Shown here in pieces: positions 55,194 to 64,000 of a stretch of DNA of 64,000 bases. The stretch lies in assembly GCA_951406725.2 (NCBI GenBank), contig OX597838.1, positions 3,410,001 to 3,474,000 on the forward strand, written 5' to 3'. How positions within the stretch are numbered: the stretch's first letter is position 1; the number at the start of each line of letters is the position of its first letter. A program made the position numbers and the translations under genes. This stretch comes from Octopus vulgaris (lineage: Eukaryota). Below the pieces are notes generated by a model. The model was not told the origin of the DNA. It did no database searches and saw only the letters and a list, made by a program, of their open reading frames with translations.

Positions 55194-55263
55194 GCCATGG
55201 TAAAGCTCCGAGTTTCGTATGTCGGGGAGGAAAGCCACGCCGGCATCTCTTCAGTTATTGGGC
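55194..55263 (-). ncRNA. Degenerate hammerhead ribozyme motif in a Penelope-like terminal fragment (about 55105-55400)
   Basis: Minus strand: AATAA-CTGAAGA-G-ATGCCGG...CCGACAT-AC-GAAA-CTCGGAG-CTTTA. The canonical CUGANGA/GAAA core and stem II are present, but position 16.1 appears mutated. Confidence 0.5.
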
Positions 55264-56332
55264 CATCGAAAAAAAATGCTATGAAAATGACCGTTAAAAC
55301 AAAGGGAAATTACTGTGTGATTGACCATTATTAAGACAAAAGAGCTATTAGAATGACCGCTAAGTAAGGGGAGTGAGTAAAGGTAAAGGAGTAAAAATAG
55401 TCATAGTAATAGCGTAAGCGCGCATGTCCATACATATACATGCGCGCCCGGACACCTACGCACATGCCCCTATATGTATATACGCAATGATAATTGAAAT
55501 TTTGAAAAATAATTCTTGTGTCTCAGTATGTATGTATGTTTGCTCACCAATTAAAAAAAAAATTTTTTTCAAATTGAAATCTGAGGTAATCATAATCTAC
55601 GCCATCAGAAATGTATTGGCAGAAAATTTCGTTTAGAAATGTTAATTTTTCTGGAAGTTATGAGAAAACAAAATCCGTGGATCGGACACACTTGTAATAG
55701 GTTGTGAGCGTTAGCATGTTTATTGTCACGAATATTCCATAACTAGTTGTAATGTAAACAGAACGAACAATAACGATGGATCTAGGTCCGTGTGACTCGA
55801 CCTGGTGTTGGTGGCGCCTCGTTGTCTGGGAAATTGAATAAGAATTGTTAGCGACACCAGTTGCAACTGATCTCTCGATGCTTAGAAATAGCGGCTCAAA
55901 CTGGAGAAACTTGCTCATCTCTTAGCTACACACATATTGTCGAGTAACGTTTCTCTAGAGATCCTTCAAAGGAATCCCAGTTTGACCGCTTGATCCAACA
56001 CTAACCCTTCAACGTTTAATCCGGCCATATCTAGCCGAAATATTCTACCTGTTTTATGTTAAATCTGACCAGATCCAACCTAGGAGGGAGTGGCTGTGTG
56101 GTAGCTTGCTTACCAGCCACAGGGTTCCGGGTTCAGTCCCACTGCATGGCACCTTGGGCAAGTGTCTTCTACTATAGCCTCGGGCCGACCAAGGCCTTGT
56201 GAGTGGATATGGTAGACGGAAACTGAAAGAAGCCCGTCGTATACATGTATATATATATATATATAACATTGCAGGTAGAACTGTACTGTTGATGAGGTTG
56301 GCGCGGGTGGTCCTGTCCAACCTTCCCTTATG

Positions 56333-56770
56333 TCATGTTATATGGCTGTGAAACATGGGCTACAACAAAGAGAGAAGTGCAGAGACTGGTAACGGCTCAA
56401 AGAGCCATGGAAAGGTCAATGCTTGGTATCTCGCTGAGAGAGCACATCAGTAGCGAGATCATCAGAAAGAAGTCCGGCGTGAGAGATATCATCGCAGAGT
56501 ATACACGCAACAAGTTTAGATGGGCTGGACACGTCACCCCGGCTCACCGATAATCGGTGGACCCGCGCAGTTGTCGAGTGGTACCCGCGCGAGCGGAAAC
56601 GACCACTCGGAAGGCCTCCACGACGGTGGAGTTACGATTTCAGGAGGACGATTGGGATCACGTGGATGAGAAAGGCGCGATCCAGGGAGGAGTGGACAGC
56701 GTGCTGTGTGACCAGCGGTGCCAAATGGACGCCCGATGGACTGGTCGGTCAAGGTGATCAAGGTGATATA
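56333..56770 (+). mobile_element. RTE-clade LINE 3' fragment
   Basis: LYGCETW...QRAMERSMLGISLREHI...KFRWAGHV, a frameshift, then RLTDNRWTRAVVEWYPRERKRPLGRPPRRW. It ends in the short tandem tail CAAGGTGAT x2. Confidence 0.9.
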
Positions 56771-56809
<39 letters not shown>

Positions 56810-57038
56810 AGAGACGAGAGTGTAAAGAAAAAGACTAATCTACAGCTGGGAGACCTCTCACAAAACTGGAAAGTTCAGTGTCTCTTACGGGATAAAGTGG
56901 GAAGCCCTGGCTGATGATGGGATCAGAAACAAACATGCAGTCATTCTTACATCCAGATCCAGAGACCCATCTGAACAAACTGAGGACATCGAAACGGAAG
57001 GGAATCTGATTTGTCTGGCAATTTCTTCTTCGACTATA

Positions 57039-57341
57039 CAGTGGGTCTCAACCGGGGTCCCTATAAGATTTTGGGGGGTCCGTGCAACAAAATAGTAAAT
57101 TGGGGATCCACAATAGTCTTTTAAGGACCCTTGAAAAAATTTGGTATGTATTGCAAAAAACAGCTAGGGTCCTTTCTCTAACATTTTACGTAGTTTAACC
57201 TACAGAAGTTAAAGGGTGAAAAACAAATAGGAATTTTGAAAGAAGTTTCTATAAACTTTTAAACATCGAATGGCTATGGGGTCCACCAGAATAAAATATA
57301 AATCAAAGGGTTCGTAGATAAAAGATTGTTGAAAACCCTTG
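57039..57341. mobile_element. hAT-type MITE
   Basis: Ends CAGTGGGTCTCAAC / GTTGAAAACCCTTG with internal GGGGTCC motifs. Confidence 0.6.
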
Positions 57342-57778
57342 TTATAGACGAAAGCGGGTCAGTGTGGCATCAGGGGTCTGGAGAAGACCCTGGTTTCACT
57401 AAGATGTTCAAGATGCTGTCCGAGCAAAGGATTACAAAGCTTGGCTTGAAACGAAGTCTTCCGGTTTTACCCTGAGATACGAATATTTGCAGCAGAGACA
57501 GTAAAAACATCCAAGGATTAATTATGGGAGGACTTTTGGCGGCAAAGCTGGACTAATTTTATGTGTTAAATCGAAAGCTCGCTATTTAAATAAAAAATAA
57601 AAAATAAGAAAGAATTATAAATAATTTTATTAATAACACATTGCAGTTATAATTTTATTGATAACGCAGTTAAATAAATAAAAATAAAAATGAAAGTAAT
57701 TGCAGCGTGGAAGGTGTTTATAAGCCATTTAAGAAACACAAAAAAACCGTTAGATTCACTTCAAACATTTAAATTTAA

Positions 57779-57829
57779 TTTGTCAAAATATTTTCGTCGC
57801 TTTGAGACCGCGACCTGTTCACTGACAAA
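57779..57829 (-). ncRNA. Minimal type-I hammerhead ribozyme candidate (G3:C8 variant) in a Penelope-like end
   Basis: Minus strand: TTTGTCA-GTGAACA-G-GTCGC(GGTCTCAAA)GCGAC-GAA-AATATT-T-TGACAAA. This gives a 7-bp stem I, the core, a 5-bp stem II, a palindromic stem III and the cleavage nucleotide. Confidence 0.6.
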
Positions 57830-57929
57830 GCTTCGTGCTGTACAACAAAAGCAATAACCCCGGTTTAAATTTATTTCTTCTTTCGATAGAATGATTCTGA
57901 TGAAGACCCGCATTCGTTAGTGGTCTCCA

Positions 57930-58052
57930 GATCAGCAGCAAAACCACACCCGGCGGGACTCGCTCTTTAAATTCCGTTCCTCGCAGACTTTTTCCCATTT
58001 TCTTCACGTTTCAACATCGAATTCGAAACCCGGAATTATTTTTGGTATACTG
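57930..58052 (+). other. Putative non-coding first exon of an unidentified plus-strand gene (5' boundary approximate)
   Basis: CpG-containing unique sequence ending in a strong donor CTG|GTAAGT. Splicing to 60602 gives ...TG|A ATG, an in-frame TGA immediately before the ATG, which fits a 5'UTR exon. Confidence 0.55.
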
Positions 58053-58400
58053 GTAAGTTTGTGCTCTTCCTTAATTGTATCAGACTTCCGCGGATTTGTG
58101 TTCGTTTCGAAACGATTATTAAATACAACAGAAAACAGTTTTATCGTTTCTATAGAATTTGCTTTTTAAAATTACCTCCTTTATTGATTGCTGTTTTTTT
58201 TAGCCCTAGGCCAACCGAATCGGCCTAAATACATAGGATTTGGTGACATCAAAGACACTCTGGCCGTGTCATTGCTGTTATTTTCATAGGCACTCAGGAC
58301 TCAGGACGACACTGTTCCATATATCCTTTGTTAAGACAGTAGTGTGCGAGTTGACGGAGATTTGGCTGTTATTTCTAGCATATCACTCGATCCTGTAGTA

Positions 58401-58572
58401 CAGGCATGGGCAACCGTTTCCGAGAAGCGAGCCGCATGAGACACAGCTCATCATTAGGCGGGCCGCACTAACAGAAAAAGAGTTTTAAGGTAATTTCAGT
58501 GACTTGTTTTCCTCGTGAAATTTAGGTGTGGTATTCAGAAAGTCCCGCGGGCCGCAGTTTGCTAATGACCGA
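58401..58572. mobile_element. hAT-type MITE (GCGGGCCGC family)
   Basis: CAGGCATGGGCAAC...GCGGGCCGCAGTTTGCTAATGACC. Related inverted copies lie at about 17775-17930 and 34520-34670. Confidence 0.55.
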
Positions 58573-58800
58573 CATAGTAGCTTCTCGATTTTTTTGTTTG
58601 TTGTCGAATGGGGCGAAAGTTGTACACCTAGTGTTTAGGGGTTAGGATAAGGGCTAGGGTTTTTGTTACGCTGAAAACGGGTGGTGTACCTATTCTTTAC
58701 CTCCATCATCGAATGATAGATTTTTTGTCCTACCTGTTTCTGTGCCACATGGTTCTGCTTCGAAGTCGATAGAATAAGTACCAGGCTTTAAAACAAATTC

Positions 58801-59430
58801 TATTGGGTCATCCCATAAATAATGCGTTTTTTTCGATTGCATGAACTAAAAGTCGGAGTGGGAGCGGGAAAAACTACCTGAATCAACTTGTTATAAAAGC
58901 AGGTAGTAATTTTACCTTGTATTTATTTTTAGGGCAAACTTTGAAGAGTGCAATTCGATTTTAACATTTATTTTTTCAAAGCTATAATGGAAGTTATGAA
59001 GGAGCATATTTGACATATTTTGCTTTGTGAGTTCAATAAAGGCAACAACACGATGGAAAGTGAGGAATATTAATGCAGTATATGGGGATCGGACAATAAA
59101 CGTAAACCAGGGTTAACAGTGGTTCCAGAAATTCTGAGCCGGAAACTAGAGCCTAGGAGACGAGCCTCACCCTGGAAGATCTGTAGATCTTGATGAGGAC
59201 ACCCTGCAAATCCTGGTCAAACAAAATCCTATCCTAACTGTTGAAGAACTAGCACAGAAGCTTGGATTTGGTCATTCAACCATTCAATGGCACTTGTGTG
59301 CCATTGGAAAATGACCATCTTTCGTTTCAAGGTGAAAGGTGTTCAGCCATGTACAGTGAGGATGACATTCCAAATGCCGGAGCAGTTTGAATGGGAAATG
59401 ATGCTCCACCCACCATATTTGCTGGACATT
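58801..59430 (+). mobile_element. Mariner transposon relic (5' end, internally deleted transposase)
   Basis: From ATG 58987, with stops and a frameshift: MEVMKEHI*HILLCEFNKGN...QWFQKF*AGN*SLGDEPHPGRS...NPILTVEELAQKLGFGHSTIQWHLCAIGK (mariner HTH domains). It then jumps to WEMMLHPPYLLDI, the HPPYSPDL motif. Confidence 0.88.
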
Positions 59431-60054
59431 CGAGCAAGATCGTTACCAGCATCGTCTTACTGGCACCTGTGCCGGTGGCATGTGTAAAAGATTCGAGCCA
59501 GGTCGTTGCCAGTACTGCCTGACTGGCCCCATGCCGGTGGCACGTAAAAGCACCCACTACACTCTCGGAGTGGTTGGCATTAGGAAGGGCATCCAGCTGT
59601 AGAAACTCTGACAGATCAGATTGGAGCCTGGTGCAGCCATCTGGTTCGCCAGCCCTCAGTCAAATCATCCAACCCATGCTAGCATGGAAAGCGGACGTTA
59701 ACATACCTTTGTCACCATTGTCTCTCCCCTCTTTGCTTTTCCAACAGGGGGTAGCCAAATATTGCCTCTGCTGCAAGATGCACCTGTAGATCTATTCAAA
59801 TTCACGGCCAGATTTTTTAATTAAACTTTTTTAACTAAACACTTTGAAACTTCAGACACTTGTAGAATGTGTCACATACAACAGGGTTTACTCTCAACAA
59901 AATTTTATATAGAGTTACCCAAAGCCTTGTGGACAGCTCGTCAGACGCTATATGAATACAAAACTTTTAAATATCTATGTCGCAGACATGAAGAAACGCT
60001 CAGAACACGAGGAATGCGAAAAAGACATCAATGAGGAGTTACTTCTCCTTAATC

Positions 60055-60216
60055 AGAACCTTTGATTCCAGGTTTTGTTTCCATACCTGGAATCTCTTCT
60101 CCAATTCTGCTGAAGATTCTGCAGTAAGAGCAAGGTCACCCAGCTTTAAATTCCTCCGTTATGGCCTGGAGGTCTATAATGAATAAGAGTGGGCTGAGAA
60201 TTGAGCCCTGGTGAAC
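60055..60216 (-). mobile_element. Antisense fragment of the same RTE-like RT
   Basis: Minus strand reads VHQGSILSPLLFIIDLQAITEEFKAG, then after a deletion DLALTAESSAELEKRFQVWKQNLESK. Confidence 0.82.
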
Positions 60217-60281
<65 letters not shown>

Positions 60282-60306
60282 TATGTATGAAACTGCTATA
60301 TATAAA

Positions 60307-60537
60307 GGCGGCGATCTGGCAGAATCGTTAGCACGCCGGGCAAAATGCCTAGCAGTATTTCGTCTGTCGTTACGTTCTGAGTTCAAATTCCGCCGAGGTT
60401 GACTTTGCCTTTCATCCTTTCGGGGTCGATAAATTAAGTACCTGTTTCGCACTGGGGTCGATGTAATCGACTTAATCCCTTAGTCTGTCCTTGTTTGTCC
60501 CCTCTATGTTTAGCCCCTTGTGGGCAATAAAGAAATA
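60307..60537 (+). mobile_element. SINE family B, full-length copy
   Basis: GGCGGCGATCTGGCAGAATCG...AATAAAGAAATA. Other copies lie at about 12120(-), 14190(-), 16995(-), 17238(+), 19125, 47495 and 52293. Confidence 0.85.
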
Positions 60538-60602
60538 TATATTTGTTTGTTGTATGTGACTCTGAAAGTATGGGTGATAATGGTTTGATCTCTCTCTACA
60601 GA

Positions 60603-60713
60603 ATGCAGGACCTGTTGAACTTCCCTCCAGTTCCAGATCGAGACTTTATTACTCTTGGAGAGAGAAATGGAGATATTGTCCATGTTCCGGCTGACAGATA
60701 TGAAGAGACTAAA
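60603..60713 (+). CDS. First coding exon of an unidentified gene (MQDLLNFPPVPDRDFITLGERNGDIVHVPADRYEETK)
   Basis: Acceptor tctctctctacag| at 60601, ATG at 60603, 37 open codons of normal composition, and donor AAA|GTAAGT at 60714 (phase 0). The phase matches the exon at 62706. Confidence 0.75.
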
Positions 60714-61127
60714 GTAAGTAGCACTGATGGAATTGTAAACCGTTCTCTTTCTATATTTTTTCTAGCATCTTTATTATGTTGAGGTGGGTGGGTGGGGGGC
60801 ATTCTCCTTTATTGTTCTTTTTTCTTCCAAAGTGCAGGCATGGCTGTGTGGTAACAAGTGGGCTTCCCAACTATATGGTCTTGGGTTCAGTCCCACTGCA
60901 TGGCACTTTATGTCAGTGTCTTTTACTATTGCACTGGGCTGATTAAAGCCTTGCGAGTGGATTTGGCAGAAGGGCAGACGGAAACTGAAAAGAGCCTGTT
61001 GTGTGTGTAAATATGCACACATAGACACACATGCATATTTACACACACATATATACATACACACACATATACATATATATATATATATATATAAACATAT
61101 ACATACGCACATGTACACATATACATA

Positions 61128-61925
61128 TATTTGGCCAAAAGTAAGCCTTTGCTGACCTGGAGAAAGCTTTCCTGAGTTCCCCACTCCGTTATGTGGTGGT
61201 CACTAAGGAAGTTAATAGCAGAGGAGTGGCTTGTTAGAGCTGTACAAGCCATGTACAGTGGGGCTGTCAGTAAGGTGAGAGTCGGCCATGAATACAGTGA
61301 TGAATTTAGTGTACAGGTAGGGGTTCACCAGGGCTCAGTTCGCAGCCCATTTTTATTCATTAGCAAAGGCTAAGTACAATGATTTACTTTTGGCCAAATA
61401 TATGTATACGTGTGTATGTATATATATATATAATGTATGTGTGTGTAACTATGCATGTGTCTATGTGTGCATATTTACACTCACACACCAGGCTCCTTTC
61501 AGTTTCCGTCTGCCCTTCTGCCAAATCCACTCGCAAGGCTTTAATCAGCCCAGTGCAATAGTAAAAGACACTGACATAACAGGGCCATAACAGAGGAATT
61601 CAAAACTGGGTGCCCATAGGAACTGCTATTTGCTGATGACCTTGCTCTTATTGCAAAATCTTTAGCAGAATTGGAGAAGAAATTCCAGGTATGGAAGCAA
61701 AACCTGGAATCAAAGGGCCTTAAAGTTAACCTAGCAAAGACCAAAGTTGTTAGTAACAAAGAAGATAAAACTCTCTTTCTGTCGGGTAAATTGGCCCTGC
61801 TCAAGATGTAGGAAAGGAGTTGGAAGAAATTCCACTTGCTGCACCCAGTGTAAACTATGGACACATGAGAGGTACAGTGGAATCGCAGGTAGATTAACAG
61901 ATAAAGTAGTCTTTGTATATGGCAG
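61128..61925 (+). mobile_element. RTE-like LINE reverse-transcriptase fragment, interrupted by an inverted duplication
   Basis: DLEKAF...MWWSLRKL...GVHQGSVRSPFLFI, an insertion at 61360-61579, then AITEEFKTGCP*ELLFADDLAL...GLKVNLAKTK and the Cys-rich WPCSRCRKGVGRNSTCCTQCKLWTH. Confidence 0.88.
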
Positions 61926-62705
61926 GCTTCTTTCAGTTTCCATCTACCAAATCCACTCAGAACACTTTGGTCAATTATAGCAGAAGACACTTGTGTGAAG
62001 TGCCGAGTAGTGGGACTGAACCTGAAGCTCTGTGGTTGGGAAACAGACTTCTTACCACATGGCTACACCTGTGTTTACTGTAGGGGAAAAAAACTGCAAA
62101 ATTTACTGAATTGTTGGCTGTCCATGAAAATGCTTGAAGCAAACCTTTCGAATGTTTCAGTATGAGAATATGTCTGTGTTTATGAAGCTTGTTTCTCAAC
62201 CATGTGGATTCTGGCTCAGTGCCATTTTGCGACACCTTGGGGAAAGAGTCTTCTATTATAGCGTGTGAGGCTGCCCAAAGCCTTGTGAGTAGATTTGGTA
62301 GATGGAAACTAAAAGAAACAAGTCATATTGACACGTGTGTGTGTGTGTGTGTGTGTTACTGTCTATTTGCTCTGACATCATGTGATAGTTGTAAATGAGT
62401 GTCACTGTCTTGCAAGCGGTGTCCTTGGTTTCCAATCTGCCATGAAAACATGTCTGGGCTTGGGGAAACATTACCTTACTTAGAAACAGGTGAGGGTTGG
62501 TGACAGGAAGGGCATGTGTCTGGCCATGGAAAATCTTCCTCAACTATTTCCATCTCACCTACGTCAGTAAACATGACAGAAGTCAGCTCTGTTTGTTATA
62601 TTGTTTAAAAAATAATTAATTGCCTTCCAAAATCTAATTCTCTTCTTGTTAAGAGTTTTGAATTCATATTATGAATGAATCATCCTTTTTTTATTTTTTT
62701 TTCAG

Positions 62706-62824
62706 CTGCCTGGTTACCCAGACGTCAGCCTGTCGAAGGATTTCCTTAGAGTTTCCCAAGAAAATTCAGCACCTCTGTTCCTAGCACATGAAGAAACCCT
62801 TTGCAAGAAAGCACTAAATGCTTG
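62706..62824 (+). CDS. Next coding exon of the same gene (LPGYPDVSLSKDFLRVSQENSAPLFLAHEETLCKKALNA, phase-2 end)
   Basis: Very strong poly-T acceptor ending ttttttcag|, open in phase 0 for 39 codons plus 2 nt, and donor TG|GTAAAG. The gene presumably continues beyond the window. Family not recognised. Confidence 0.72.
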
Positions 62825-62877
62825 GTAAAGTACATTTATATCTGTCTGTGTGTCATTGAAACATCTATTTGTTGTAT

Positions 62878-63200
62878 AGTCCTGGTCCAGTAGACCTAAG
62901 TTAAATCTGGCCCAATGGAACTAAGTTACCCCTGGTCCATTAGGCTTAAGTTAGCCCTTCTCTAGCTGATGTAAGTTAGCCTTGTCCAGCAGACCCATGT
63001 TGGCCCTGGTCCAGCGGACCCAAGTTAGCCCTGGTCTCGTGGACCAAGTTGGCCCTGGCCCAGCGGACCCGAGCTGGCCCTGGCCCAGCGGACCCGAGCT
63101 GGCCCTGGCCCAGCGGACCCAAATTGGCCCTGGCCCAGCGGACCCAAGCTGGCCCCGGTCCTGCGGACCAGAGTTAGTTCTGATCTGGCAGACTTAAAAT
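62878..63200. repeat. 25-bp GC-rich minisatellite, 13 units
   Basis: Consensus about RGCCCTGGYCCAGCGGACCCAAGTT, with homogeneous central units and degenerate outer units. Confidence 0.9.
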
Positions 63201-64000
63201 TGTCTTTTTCACCTCAGACCCCTGCTCTCATCCTCAGATAAAATTTGTGACCGAGTAACACAATGTTAGAAACTTCTGATAATATGAAATTGACCGATTT
63301 TTCAGGACAAAGTGGACAAATGTCCCCATAATTCCTCCCTAAAATCACTGCTCAAAGTTGTTGCTTTAATCTATATCTTTCTCTCTTTATCCTTACCTAC
63401 ACACACACACACACACATGTATATGTAGGCACAGGTGTGGATTACTTGCTAACTGCATGGTTCCAGGTTCAGTCCCACTGCGTGGCACCTTGGGCAAGTG
63501 TCTTCTACTATAGCTCCAAGCCAACAAAAGCCTTGTGAGTAGATTTGGTAGATGGAAATTGAAAGAAGCCTGTCGTGTACATATATTGATATAAGTACCA
63601 GTTGAACACTGGGGGAGATGTAATTGACTAGCCACCTCCCCTCGAAATTTCAGGCCTTGTGCCTATTGTAGAAAGGATTATCATCTACTATAATAATACT
63701 CTTGTGTATTTCTCCGTCACAACATGAATGAGAAAGGATGGGGTGATGGATGAATAAGGAAGGAAAGGGTGATGGCAAACTTGGTAATGGAATGATGGAA
63801 GTTCTACAGTGAAAAAAAAATCAAACAGCGTTTCAACTCTGCATGAGTATATGTGTGTGTGTGTGTGTGTGTATGTAAAAGGGAGGTATGTGAATGTTTG
63901 TGTGTGTGTGTGTGTGTGTGTGTGCAATGGAAGTGGGATGGTGAACATTCAATGCTGAGAAGAAAAATCAAACAGCGTTTCAACTCTGTGTTAGTATATG

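Noticed and set aside
63219-63345. Candidate next exon of the plus-strand gene (acceptors near 63218, 63238 and 63305)
   Set aside because: Joining to the phase-2 end gives an immediate TGA or a stop within about 12 codons.

Overview
Eukaryotic, repeat-dense animal DNA. The SINE, LINE and MITE families and the very high microsatellite load point to an octopus (inference). Almost all ORFs in the supplied track are microsatellite or SINE artefacts. The real genes, largely missed by the ORF track, are: (1) the first coding exon of a PTEN orthologue on the minus strand (27966-28044, [26 protein letters not shown]), followed by a canonical U12-type donor. I could not find exon 2, so positions 1-27965 are probably one minor intron of about 28 kb or more. 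(2) An intact tRNA-His(GTG) at 34778-34849. (3) The 5' end of an unidentified plus-strand gene, divergent from PTEN: a non-coding exon ending at 58052 and coding exons at 60602-60713 and 62706-62824. The rest is tRNA-derived SINEs, RTE and CR1 LINE fragments, Tc1 and mariner relics, MITEs, a Helentron-type HINE, LTR remnants and Penelope-like ends. The most notable unexplained structures are two spaced-motif arrays and stacked uORFs upstream of PTEN, a G3:C8-compensated minimal hammerhead ribozyme candidate, a flip/flop triple palindrome, a decaying tandem array of tRNA-His 3' halves, and several long inverted repeats in introns. No CRISPR or prokaryotic system is present. Repeat boundaries were read by eye and are approximate.
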